Program-made: the position numbers and the translations under genes | Notes under the pieces: model-generated | Database searches by the model: none | Seen by the model: only the letters and a program-made list of their open reading frames with translations | What the model was told of the DNA's origin: nothing | NCBI RefSeq assembly: GCF_030144855.1 | Contig: NC_082712.1 | Coordinates: forward strand, 18,104,001-18,168,000 | Direction: 5' to 3' | From: Hypanus sabinus | Taxonomy: Eukaryota | DNA: 64,000 bases | Shown: one piece after another, positions 38,460-50,750 of the stretch | How positions within the stretch are numbered: position 1 is the stretch's first letter | How the letters are laid out: each line of letters starts with the position of its first letter

Positions 38460-39100
38460 AGGTTAAATCGGTGGTAAAGAAGGTATATGCAGTATTAGCA
38501 TTCATTTCAAGAGGACTAGAATATAAAAGAGAGGATGTAATGCTGAGGCTTTAAAAGGCATTGGTCAGATCTCTCTTGGAATATCATCAGCAGCTTTGGG
38601 TTTCTTGCCTAAGAGGATGTGCTGGCACTGGAGAGGGTTCAGAGGAGATTCCCGAGAATGAACTCAGGAATGAGAGGGTTAATGTATGAGGAGAGCTTGT
38701 CTCTAGGCCTGTACTTGCTGGAGTTTGAAACCTATTGATTACTGAAAGCCCTAGATATGGATGTGGGGAGCATGTTGCCTATAGTAGGGGGGGTCTAGTG
38801 TCAGAGGGCACAGCCTCAGAATTGAGGGACATCCATTTGAAACGGATGAAGAATTTCTTTAGCCAGAGTGGTGAATCTCTAGAGTTCATTGTCACTGATG
38901 GCTGTGGGGAACAAGTCACTGAGTATATTTAAAGCAGAGGTTTGATAGGTTCTTAATTAGTAAGGGTGTCAACGGATGTGGAGGGAAGAATGGAGAATAG
39001 GATTGTGGGGGATAATAAGGCCTCAGCATTACAACCATGATGGAACAGTGGAGTGAACTCGATGGGCTGAATGGCCTAATTCTGCTCTTGTCTTATGGTC
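38460..39100 (+). mobile_element. CR1 LINE 3' end
   Basis: VVKKVYAVLAFISRGLEYKREDVMLRL.., ERVQRRF, then 3'UTR gatgggctgaatggcctaattctgctc. Confidence 0.85.
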
Positions 39101-39714
39101 ACATGGGACTGTACGGCTCAATTGATGTCAATTCAAATTAAATCTTTTCTGACTGAAAGGCAAGTTGAGCACTGCGGAGATCCACACAACTACACAGGCT
39201 TTCAAACTCCACATAAACAGTATCAGAAGTCAGGATTGAAGCTGAGCAGTTGGAATTGAAGCAGCAGGACCTGTCGTCCTACACGACTGTCCAGTGATGC
39301 ACTCTGATTGAATATCAGGGAGATCAAATTCTTTTTGTTTTCCATAAGGCCCCGTAACTCTTTCAAGGTGTTAGGTAGGCTCTGGCTGCTAGCACTTGCA
39401 TTGCTTAACCTCAAACTGAATTCAGGTATGATTATCTCTAACCACAAAAATTATCTTCTCTTTCTTTACACCAGAGATCTCCTCAGTCATCATATAATTC
39501 CTTACAACTTGGGCCATTCACCTCTTGAATCCAATCTGGCTCTCAAAGCAATGGTACTGCTTCCCCCACCCAACCAGGCTTCCCAATAACCAACTCTCCA
39601 CACGTCCTCAACAGCTCCACACCACTTCTGCCATTTGATGTCATACTAGTGGCAAGTTAATGACCAGTCATCCTGCAACCCTGTACCTACTTGGGATATA
39701 TCGGACTTCCCTGA

Positions 39715-40080
39715 GCACCATCACCTTCTTGTGAGTTCCTCAGATTCTGTGAGCGCTGTCATCCAGAGGTTAGGCAACCGGTGCATGGTTTCTGGTGAGG
39801 TCACCCAATAATGCCAAGAAGGAGATTCCAGACAAAGAGCGATCCAACCAAGACCTCAACAGTGGAGCTGGGGTAAGATGACAGCACGTCACAATGGCAG
39901 TGAAGGCCGAGTAAGGCTGCAGCAATGAAGGGTCTCCAGTCATCTCGCATTCTGTGTCACAGAACCTACAGTGTCAAGGACGATGCGATGGCTGTCTGTG
40001 CATCAGCATCCCTACGTTAAGCAAAGTGACTCAGAGGCTTTCTCCGCTAAGGGAATGTACCCTAACATATGACCTCTTGG
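39715..40080 (+). mobile_element. Probable RTE-clade 5' region or derived SINE
   Basis: ggtcacccaataatgccaag..ccagacaaagagcgatcc resembles the RTE (Rex3/Expander) 5'UTR; related to 47370-47590. Confidence 0.4.
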
Positions 40081-40694
40081 GAGACCATCACACTTGACTC
40101 GAGCGTGTGCACTCATACTAGATCATTAATAGTGTATTGTTGAATTATTGATTTATTTGGAGATGCAACATGGTAACAGCAAGCTTCAGCTCATTGAGTC
40201 CGCACTACCCAATTCAAAGTTCAAAGTAAATTTATTATCAAAGTACATATGTCACCATATATTACCGAGATTCATTTTCTTGTGGTCATGCATAATAAAT
40301 CTATAGAATAATAACCATAACAGAATCAATGAAAGAACACCCAACTAGGATGCTCAACTAGAGTGCAGAAGACAACAAACTGTGCAAATACAAAAAGAAG
40401 AAATTGTAATAAATTAGCAATAAATGTCAAGAACATGAGATGAGTCTGTAGATTGTGGGAGCGTAATCCCCTCTGGTTCAAGAACCTGATGGTTGAGTAG
40501 TTACCCCATGTGATCAATTAACATAACCAGTGAGTCTTTGAATATGGGCGAAAACTGGAGCACCCGCAAGAATCCCTTGCAGTTAAGGGGAAAAGGTACA
40601 AACTTCTTAGACGTCTATGGAATTGAGCCTGGTTTGCTGATGTTTCAGTAGTTTTGCTAACTGCTACACTACTGTAGTACCTGTAAATAATTTT

Positions 40695-40698
<4 letters not shown>

Positions 40699-40728
<30 letters not shown>
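40699..40728. repeat. (TC)15 microsatellite
   Basis: Perfect tc run. Confidence 0.95.
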
Positions 40729-40733
<5 letters not shown>

Positions 40734-41299
40734 AATAACCATTCCAGACTCTGTAGAGGTTTGTTTTTTTTTTAAAAAAAGGTAGTAAATGCATTTAATA
40801 GCTCCAGAGCGGACTTTGAGAATTTTGCGATGAAGGTTGTAGGATTTGTCAGCTTTCAACTTCATAATATCTCTTTCTCTAATAAAAAAGCTCATCCTAA
40901 ATTCTTTCAGTTCCCTAATCTAGCTAGACTCTTGGTTCTCTAGCACTTTGTTCTTTTCTTTGAAGACAGACACAAAACATTAATTTATATTCTCTACCAC
41001 TTTAACATTCTCCATTATTAATTCTCCTGTCTGTCTTTAAGTTCTCATTTTGCCTTTTACTTTTTTGCATATCTGTATAAGCTTTAATTGTCTTTTTTTT
41101 CCCAATTTCTATGTCTTTGATTTCTAAAATGCTCTTGATTGTCAGGTCCAATGCTGTTTCTGGCAATGTTAGAAGCCTTTTCTGTGGATTTAGTGCAATA
41201 CCATCTCCTTTTATCCCCTGTTAACCAAAGATTGTCCTTTTTTCCCTTTGGATTTCTGTGGCTATTATAAGGGAATTGATTTTTTTTTGCCATTCATGT

Positions 41300-41672
41300 A
41301 CACTCTCTGTGTCCACTTTATTAGGTACCTCCTGGAGCTAATAAAGTGGCCACTGAGTACATGTTCATGATCTTTTGCTGTTGTAGCCAGCCACTTCAAG
41401 GTTTGACATGCTGTGCATTCAGAGTTACCCTTCTGCACATCACTCTAACGCACAGTTATTTGAGTTACTGTTGCCTTCCTGTCAACTTGAACCAGTCTGG
41501 CCATTCACCTCTGAACTCTCTCATTAACAAGGCATTTTCACCCACAGAACTGCCACTCACTGGATGTATTTTTGATTTTTGCACCATGCTCTATGAATTC
41601 TGGAGACTGTTGTGCATAAATCTCAGGAGATCACCCTTAAGCAATTACCTCAAACCACCCAATTTGGCACTG
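41300..41672 (-). mobile_element. Tc1-derived MITE, partial
   Basis: Terminal hairpin ccactttattaggtacc..ctaataaagtggccactgag; reverse complement of 58260-58620. Confidence 0.8.
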
Positions 41673-42559
41673 CTTTAAATACATAATACTAAGTTTAAGT
41701 ACATTTTTTGCTCCTTAAGTTTGTCATAGCTGGGGGGGGGGAGTAATGGAGATAAGCTCCCACCACCCATTAAATGCTCCCAATAGCATGTGCCTCAAAT
41801 AGCCTCTGACAACTAAGTCCAGATCCTGGCCTTAGTGGCTATGAAAATAATCTCAGCTTCTGGGGCCTCCTCTATGACAGTTGTAAAAGTTGACTCTGAG
41901 ACTACAGGAAGTAGTTCTGACATCTCTGGACAACCCTTTTCACCTTTTCTCTTTCTAGATCTACTTTGATCCCTTTCTTCTTCTCTTTCTCATTTCTTCT
42001 CTCCATCTCTTATTTCCTTTTACCTTATTTGAGCATCTTGACCTTGGGAAGGTCCATTTAGTTCACTGGAGTATTCTCTTATTAATTTTTCTATTGCTCC
42101 CTTTATGATCTGATCTCTCCTATTGGCTTCGGCATCCACAACATCATCTGCTGGATGCTCTGTTTTATCTCCATTGATGCCTTTCTTTTTGGCATCCCAT
42201 TCAACCAGCTGGGCTTTGGTCTTTCCATCTACTTTTACAGGGAGATTTTTGTTTCCCTCTTGAATTTCATTCCATTACCTTAATGCATGCAGAATAGATT
42301 CTGGTTCTTTATACTCTCAAAAGCTGAATTCTTGCAACTTTCCTGAAGCTCCTTGAACTTTCTCTCAGCTTAAAACCAAGCCACCTTTTGCAAGTAACTG
42401 ACTGATTAGCATATCAGAAGCTTTCTCAGATGCATTGCCAATGAAAACTCCTGTAGTTGGACCACTTCTTTTGTCAGTTTCTCACTTCCTCTGAACAGCA
42501 TAGTCCTTCCTTATTTCAAGATACTTTTCAATCAGGCACAGAGGTTGGCACCAACACTT

Positions 42560-43830
42560 ACTTGTCCCCTGTTGGTCAGTGATTCATGGTGTTCAGCATG
42601 GAGACAGTCATGGCATCATCTAGTACCTTTCTTAATCCTCTTTCCATTGGCTTCATTGCAGGGAATGTGACAAGCAGATGGTGGATGGATCTCCAATCAA
42701 GTTGCAATTGTCTCAGCCAGTCAAGCCCCCACAATGCTGGTCCTTCTGTAATTTTTACCTCCTACAAGCTCAATAAGGCTTGTTGGTTGTTGTATTTCAC
42801 AGTCACATGTCATTCCCACAAGAGTATTCTTTTCTCCAGTAGAAGTTCTTAGTTGGATATCTTCAGACTTCTGTTCAGTATATTTTAAATGCTGTTCAAA
42901 CTCATTTTGTGGGATGACTGAAGCAGCTGAACCAGTGCCTAATTCCATTTTAATTAATTTGACACTTTTAATGTAAGCTATATTGCTCATCTTTTGCTAA
43001 TTTTCACACTGTTAATTCCAAGGCTACACAGTTCTGTGCCACTCTCATTATAATCAGAGTTTTCATCAACAGCATGCAGATTAGTGTTCTTTTGAAACTG
43101 CACCTTGACTTTTTAACGGTTTCTCTGCCTTGTGCGGGTCATTTATTTTTATCTGTCCAACATGCTCTTTGTATGCTTCCTACTTTATTGTATTTTCTGC
43201 AAGTTTCGCATTTAAATCTGCACTTGTTTGGTGCATGTGAGTCCCTGGCACACTGGCAACACAGTTTATTTGGCCAAGCCAGTTTCTGTATGGACAATGC
43301 AATTTTGTTCACATTCAGTTTGATTCCTGACTGCAACCGAAATGCACCACTGTCTGCGGTTTTCATTGACAGCGATTTCCATTGATCTTTTAAATGTAAG
43401 ATGTGCTTCAGCTGGGAGCTGCTTTTGAATGCTTTCTTGTAAGATTCCACAAACCAAAAGATCCTTCAAGCCCATTACTGAGCTGACAATGTAGAGCCAA
43501 TTTCTTCAATTCTGCCTCGTATGCTGAAATAGACTCGCCCATTTTTTGATTCTGCTTTTGAAACCTAAAGCGATTTGTAATCAACAATGCATTGGTTCTA
43601 AGTGTTCCTCTACCTAATAGCTTGATTGGGCCAAACTTTGAAGCAAACTATATGCCTTTAAACCCAATGCATTCTGCAAAATTGGCAGTTGCTTCTCACT
43701 GGCTATTTCATCTGCTTCAGAATATTTTTCCAATAGCTCGGTATACATAAGCTAATTACCCATGAGCTATGTATGATTGCGTGTGTGTGTATATTCAAAT
43801 ATTAAATACTCAACCATCTCGAAATTAATG
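42560..43830 (-). mobile_element. Gypsy LTR retrotransposon gag-protease remnant
   Basis: LKDLLVCGILQESIQKQL, zinc-knuckle-like CCQCARDSHAPNKC..CRKYNKVGSIQRAC, protease IKMELGTGSAASVI (degenerate DTG). Confidence 0.85.
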
Positions 43831-43849
43831 CTAATATTTTCCTTATCAC

Positions 43850-44730
43850 CAACTTAAGCTGCAAGTTAAACTTTAGGGAATCTTGTACAAGGACTCCCAA
43901 GTCACTTTGCACCTCTGATTTTTGAATTTTCTCCCCATTTAGAAAATAGTCTGTCTTTATTATTTCCACCAGTGCATTATCATACAGTTCCCTACACTAT
44001 ATTTCATCTGCCAATTCCCCCAATCTGTCTTTCTGCAGACTCCATGCTTGCTCAACACTACCTGCCCTCCACCTATCTTCATTTTATTCAAAAACATGGC
44101 CACAAAGCCATGAATTCAGTCATCCAGGTCATTGACATATAATGCGAAAAGAAGTGGCCCCATCACTGGCCTTTGCAAAACGCCACTAGTCCCCGGCAGC
44201 CAACCCGAAAAATGACCTCATTTATTCTTACTCTTTGCCTCCTGCCAGTCAGTCAATCTTCTATCCAAGCTAGTATCTTTCCTGTAGTATCATGGGTTCT
44301 TGGCTTGTTAAGCAGCCTCATGTATGGCATTTTGTCAAAGGCCGCCTTAAAATCCAAGTAAACAGCATCCACAAACTCTCCTTTGTCTATCCTCCGCCAG
44401 TTATTTCCTCAAAGAATTCCAAATGATTTGTCAGGTAAGATTCAGTAATATTAATAAGATTAGTAATAGACTTCAACATATTTCCAACCTCTGAAGTCAG
44501 ACTAACTGAACAATAATGCTTTCTTCTTCCTCTCTTCCTTCTCAAAGAGTGGAATGACATTGACTATGTTCCAGTCCTTTGGAACCATTCTGGAATCCAG
44601 TGATTCTTGAAGGATCATTATTAGTGTCTGTCCATTCTCTTCAGCAGCTACTTTCCGAACCCTAGTCTGTCTGATCCAGGCGACTTATCTACCTTCAGAT
44701 ATTTCACCATTCCCACCGTAATAGCAACTT
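43850..44730 (-). mobile_element. CR1 LINE RT fragment
   Basis: Collinear with 1-850; reverse encodes LDFKAAFDKMPYMRLLNK. Confidence 0.85.
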
Positions 44731-45029
44731 TTCACCTGTTGCCTCCTCAATGAGGAGGCACAGATTTGGGGTAAGGAGAAAGATTTAGGGAGAATCTGAG
44801 GACCTCCACACTGCGAAATGAGCACCTAAATGCCTTGCCTGAGAGCAGTTGAAACTGGATTTGCTGACAGCATTTAAGTATTTCAATGTACACATTAATC
44901 AGTTGAGCATAGTGTTGTGGGCAAGGGCTGGGTGATGAGATTCACAAGGGAGGGTACCCACTGGTCTGCATTGATCAGATAGGCCAAATGGCCTACTTCC
45001 GTGCTGTACAAATCTATATCACAACTACT

Positions 45030-45595
45030 GATCTCAAGGCCCTCAATTTTCCTGAATTGTCCATGGATATTGCATCCTAGCTGTCTATGTGATACGAAGT
45101 CCAGGCCTGTACAATATGGAGGACAAGCTACTGCCCATGTAGCAGATTCTCTCTCTTCACATAGCTGATGAATCCAAAGTAACAGCAGAGACCAATGCAG
45201 TTTGGCACTAGTGGCATCACAGGAGTTTGCAGTCAGCATTGAGTAAAAACTTAGGGATCCCAGCTCTGGATTTTTCCTCTGGGTTTAATCCAGAAGCCTT
45301 TCCCATGAGTGGGTATAACCGAAAGGCAGTAGAGGTTTGAGATCAGAGTTTTCCTTCTAGATGAGCTGCCAAATATGGCTGCCGAGCCCCATCTGCCCAA
45401 AGCAACTAGTTTTAAGGTGCGAGTAACACCCTTTTGCCTTTTCTCCTGTCAGTAGAAACTGTCCCACTAGGCTTGGTAGCCAGGAGCTGGACTTGCTTGT
45501 CAGAGGCTACTTGAGATGCACACCATGGGGGCAATAATACACAGTAGGAGCTTATCCCCATTACCACACCCAGCTCTAACAACATTCAGGAACTA
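45030..45595 (-). mobile_element. Non-coding retroposon (RTE-like SINE, family uncertain)
   Basis: 5' end is the reverse complement of 41720-41840; shares a module with the SINE at 7050-7120. Confidence 0.5.
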
Positions 45596-46269
45596 TTACG
45601 TAATACCCTATAAATATTTTCTGCTCTTTGTTAGTTCCACTAAATAAATTCTGTTTCTATGTCAGCTGATTTAAGATAATTTCTCTCCCTTGTATTGGTT
45701 TTGACCTTATTCTTGGTACTAGCACCTATCCTCTTCCACGTTGCCTAAGTGTCAAATACCCTCGACTATTCAGCTCTGAGCATTGGTGAACTGGATCAGT
45801 CTGATCCCCTTCTATTCTCTTAGCTCATCCAGCCTGTTCTGAATAGTGCACAAATTTAAATAGTTAATAAGATTATGCTCTTATATTTACTTTTTAAATT
45901 TTATTTTATTGAGATACACAGCATGTCAATAGGCCTTTCTGGCCCAAGGAACCGGTGCCACCCAATTACATCTATGTGACAAATTGCCCTACCGACCTGT
46001 AACCCTCGCAGTCAAGGGAAGAGTGTACAGGCTCCTTACAAACAGTGGTGGAATTGAACTCAGGTCACTGGCACTGTAACACAGCTAACCACTATGCTAC
46101 CATGCTGCCTCATTTAAGCCTTTGCAAGTTCAAGAGGTTAAACTGTGAGCTATTCTGGTACTAATAGCCATCTCTAATAAAAGAAATGTGTGCACATATA
46201 AACTGAGTCCTGGCCATTAACTCTTCAGTTTTCCAAGTGCTTATTTAGTTTTTCACCCAGAGAGCTTAC

Positions 46270-46730
46270 TAGAGTCATAGTCATGTAGTAGTACAGCATG
46301 GAAAGAGGCCTTTTGGCCCATCTAGTCCATGCCAAAGGCATTTAAACTGCCTAGTTCCATCGACCTTGGCCAGGACCATAGCTGTCCACATTCCTACTAT
46401 TCATGTACCTATCCAAACTTCTCTTAAACACTGAAATCATGCCCGCATGGATTACTTGTGCTGGCAGTTCATTCCACATTTGCATAATCCTCTGAGTGAA
46501 GAAATTTCCTCTGATGTTCCCCTTAAATTTCTCACCTTTCTCCCTTAACACGTGATCTCTGGTTGTAGTCCCACCCAACCTCAGTGGAAAAAGTCTGTTT
46601 GTGTTCACCATTTCTATACCCCTCATAATTGTATACACCTCTATCAAATCCCCTCCAAATCATCTACATTCTAAAGAGTACAGTTCTAACTTATTCAATC
46701 TTTCATTATAACTCAGGTCTTCTAGGCCCA
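46270..46730 (-). mobile_element. CR1 LINE 3' end
   Basis: MIEVYTIMRGIE..TTRDHVLREKGEKFKGNIRGNFFTQRIMQMWNELP. Confidence 0.88.
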
Positions 46731-47369
46731 CAGAATCCTTTGTTTATTCTCTCTATAAATTTATACACTTCTATTAGATCCCTCTTCCTGTTTCCTTTGT
46801 TCAAAAGAAATCAATTTGTGCTTAGAATTCTTGAGCCCTGATCACAGACTTGTTCTTTCTAATGCCATCATTATAGGGTAGAGCTGATAGCTTCATTAGT
46901 CACCAATAGTGCAAATAGTGGTTCACATTGTTCCCTGTACCCAAATCTGCACGCATCCTTAACAATCTGCACTTTGCCCAAAATCTCAAATTTAGTAACT
47001 TTCACATTCTTCCATTGGACCTCTCAATTTCAATTTTGTTGTTATTGAAACTATGCATACAACTAAAAGCACCATTCCTCAGGGACCAAAGTGCAAATCA
47101 CAGTACATACAGCACATAAAATAATATTAATACAATAATATCAACAGATAATAAAACACATTCTGTAGATGTACAAGCTGACATGAAGTGCCTATATAAT
47201 ATATAGATAAATATACAACAGTATAATGCTACTGGAGTTGTCATTAATTGAGTGTACTGGGTGGTAGCAGCATGTTCAGAAGTCTCACGGCCTGGGGGAA
47301 CAAGCTGTTACCAAGCATAACAGTCCTTGTTCCAAGCTCCCTCCAACATCCTAGAACCATTCAAGAGGC

Positions 47370-47590
47370 CCACAACCTTGTGATGGTTTGTGGCTTGCAT
47401 GCTTCAATGACCTGGACAGCTTTATGTTTTGGCTCTTGGTAGAGTCACCCTGCCAAACAGTTAGAGTAATCCACCAGACCTCCATTTGGGAGTTCAGCTC
47501 TGGGATAACATTCCTGACTGGTAAAACAATTGTTATGGAAACCCAATGAAGAATCCTCCTTCAGTATTCCTGAGTCTCCTCCTGGGACTC
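47370..47590 (+). mobile_element. Probable RTE-clade 5'UTR fragment
   Basis: ggcttgcatgcttcaatgacc..ggctcttggtagagtcaccc tgccaaacag. Confidence 0.45.
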
Positions 47591-50492
47591 CCTGCTCCCC
47601 TCAAATTCTTTATGTGCAGTTCCCATTTGATAGCCCTGGCTGACAGTTACTACAACATCTGCAATACATTCTTTTCTCTCCTTTGATCAGAGCTCAACAT
47701 GCTACGTTTATTCATTATTCAACATTCAAGATTCAAAATTGCTTAACTTCATTTCCAGTACACAAGTGTGAAGGAGAACAAAATAATTATTGCTCCAGAT
47801 CTGATGCAGCACAAAAAAATACAATAAAACACAATAAGAAAAATGAAAACACTACCTGACTGTCTCTCTCCATTGCACTAAAATGCCAACTTAGATTAAA
47901 TTCCAATGTAGGGATCAAACTTACAAACAAATCAGATCCAAGTGCACCACAAACTTGACCAAACTGCCACCAAAGGGGAGATAATATGAATGCAAATCTT
48001 ATAATCAAAATAAACTTTATTCATAATAAAGTAATTTACAAGAAATTTATTTTTATATCAGTAGACAATGCATTTAGTGTTTTATTACATTTCATAAAGC
48101 CAATAACACTGTTGCCACTCATGTGGCCCCCTGAATTGATACAGCAGTTGAGGGATTTCCTCACTCAACTGTCCCCTCCCTTGCTACCTACACGTGGGTC
48201 CTCCCATATGCCGCAGCAAACTATTTTGTTTTCGGTGAACACTCATTTTTTCTTTGCCCCATAGGCTTGATTCTATTGCCGAGGGGAAGGGTTATTCTGG
48301 AAGTTTAGGGGTGGGATTGATCCAGGATCTGCTTATCATCTAGGCTGGACAAAGTCCACTCCTGTAAGGTGAGCAGGGGAGGTTGGCCAATCTCTCTGAC
48401 TCCCTGCATCTCTCTTGTGGCCTTGGCTATCAACAGTGACCTTGGCCTTGTGTGGCCAATCCACATTGGGTGAAGTTGAATGGATACTGGGCACTGCCGA
48501 TATTGACATTTAAAACTCGTTATTTTTAATCAGTTTCTAAAGATTCAGTTGAAGAGATATTGACCTGAAACGTTCACTCGTTCTCATTCCAAGTCAAAGA
48601 TACTTAATCAGAAATCAACTATTTTTAGAAACAAAACCGAACCTATTCCGTATTAAAACAAACTAAGATCCTGGCTAACGGTCTTCGACCTGTCATTTTA
48701 ACCCTTTATCTCCCTCCCTACCTTGCTGCCTGACCTGAATATGCCGCCAGTTTTAATTTTCTTCTACTGTTTCTCACTCCAAAGATGTTGCCTGTTCTGA
48801 GCATTTCCAGATTTAGTTGCTTTTATTTCAGATTTCCTGCGCCACTTTATCTTTTAGATGCTGTAGACTGAGCTCTGCGCTAATCCGATAATCCCCTCAT
48901 GCGCCCACACTTAAAATCGCACAACATATTCCCCAACGCAGTGAATCACATCTGCTCCAAAAGTGTTTGAGGTATATTGTTTATTTTAACCAGTTGAAGT
49001 GGTGTAGTTCACCTCTCTTTTATCTTTGCGTAAAGCCTCCGTGCTGTATCAGCATCGGCGAGGCTTGTGCAGGGTTTTGGCTCCATCGTGGAGCGAGACG
49101 TGTTACTACAGCGCCGGAGACGCGGTTCACCTGGAGATAAGGGACAGTGTGAGGCGCCCAGATCTCAGCTAAATGAACTGGCGGGATTAGCCGTTCACGG
49201 GTTCAAATTTGGGCTCCCCTCTACCCGACGCCGGCGGTCACAAACTTCAGGTACCTGCGGGAGAGAGCTGCAGAGACGGAGGAAGAATTAATTAAACGAT
49301 AGAGGGGGGAAAAGAGGCTATGAGAATGGATGAAGAGAGCCCTTAGTCAAAATTAGCTGTTAGGACGAGAGAATGTACCGAAATAAAACACAACTGGTTT
49401 CTTGGCACTGCGAAGTGTTACAGACTATTAAATCTCAGCACAAGCGCCAAGCAACTCGGGCACAAGTGGCTAGTTCCTTGCAATGTCTGGCAAGAACTTA
49501 AAAGCAGTGCTCTGGAGCTGAATGTAAACTACCCGCGGAGCCCGTTCAACCCCTCTGTCGGATACGGCCCTCGAAATCTCCCCCCCCCCCCTTACAGATG
49601 CCACTGACTGAAGCGGACTGTTTTAAGCACAGGGATGGCGTTTCCCTGCGTCAGCTGCCTCTTCTCTGGTGGGGATTTGGTATCGGCGCTCCGACAGGGC
49701 TACTCCGCGGGGCGAGGGCGAGAGAATGCCCAGTGCTGGAGAGGCGCTGAATCGATTCTTGAGCTCCGTTCTCCCTCTTCAGCCCTGTTCCCCGCCCGGT
49801 TTGGATAGGGTCTGTTCGAGGGGCTGGCCTGGCCTTGCGTCTGCACAGGTACCACGGATCCAAGCCCCGCACGTGTGCTTGACAGAGCGAGTGGAAGCGG
49901 AGGGGTGTGCGTGTGTCTCTCAGAGACCCGCTCCGATCTTAACGCGACCCGTTGGGACCTGGGACCTTGAGCATTGGCAGTTCTAACCCTCCTCTCTTTT
50001 GATGGAGCAAACGGCAATTAAAAAAATATATATAATGCATTTGGCTAGGACCATATAGCGAGCCGGAGGGTGTGTGTGTGGAGGGGTGGGGGGTGAGGTG
50101 GAAAAGACAACGCTTGTCGTCCCCGGGAATGGGCAAATGGATTGATACTGCGGCTGCTTTCTAGATAAGTGCCCACTCGCCGGGGTGAACGGAACGGACT
50201 AATCAAGGACCGCGTCTCAATTGAGTCTTTCGTTTCTCCCGGTTGCGATTCCCATTTAAGCCTTTGCGAGTTCAAGAGGATTTGCGTTAAACTGTGAGCA
50301 ACTCTAGCACTAATAACCATCTCCACTAAAAGTACCGTGTGCGCGTCTAAGTTGAGTATTGGCCATTAACTCTTCAATGTTCCAAATTTTGCTTTGTATT
50401 CTTTGATTGTTAATACGTGACATTGGCTTTTCTTTAAGTAGTGCATTTGTCTGGATTTACAGTTCCTCTTATCCCTTTCCCTTGTGATCTAG

Positions 50493-50615
50493 AGGGTCGT
50501 GTGGTCCTTCGGCCAAGAGAAGTTGGGCGCTTTCAGGGCTCCTCGCTCCTGGACCGGGCGCTGCTCACTGGCTGGACGGTAGCGTGAAGAGAGAGAAAAG
50601 TTGCCCCTTGACGGG
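50493..50615 (+). other. 5'UTR portion of the first coding exon (predicted acceptor AG at 50491-50492)
   Basis: Polypyrimidine tract ttcctcttatccctttcccttgtgatctAG; no upstream ATG between 50493 and 50616. Confidence 0.55.
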
Positions 50616-50750
50616 ATGAAGCGAAAACAGAAGCGCTTCTTGCAAATGACCGGCCTGGTTATCGTGGCTCTGGTTTTCCTGCCCAATATTGGACTGTGGT
50701 CGCTTTACAAGGAGAAGCAATTGGAGAAATCCAACGAGTCCGGAGACCAG
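50616..50750 (+). CDS. GALNTL6: First coding exon of polypeptide N-acetylgalactosaminyltransferase-like 6 (type II Golgi membrane protein: cytoplasmic tail and TM helix)
   Basis: [45 protein letters not shown] closely matches the recalled human GALNTL6 N-terminus ([34 protein letters not shown]). Kozak gggATG; phase-0 donor CAG|GTAAAA at 50750/50751. Paralog GALNT10 fits less well. Confidence 0.88.

Noticed and set aside
49067-50326. Several 65-105 aa ORFs in the CpG island
   Set aside because: Expected by chance in GC-rich DNA; no recognisable protein signature.
50616-50750. GALNT10 as the identity
   Set aside because: The recalled GALNT10 N-terminus (MRRKEKRLLQAV..WALYRER) fits worse than GALNTL6. 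Not fully excluded without synteny or downstream exons.
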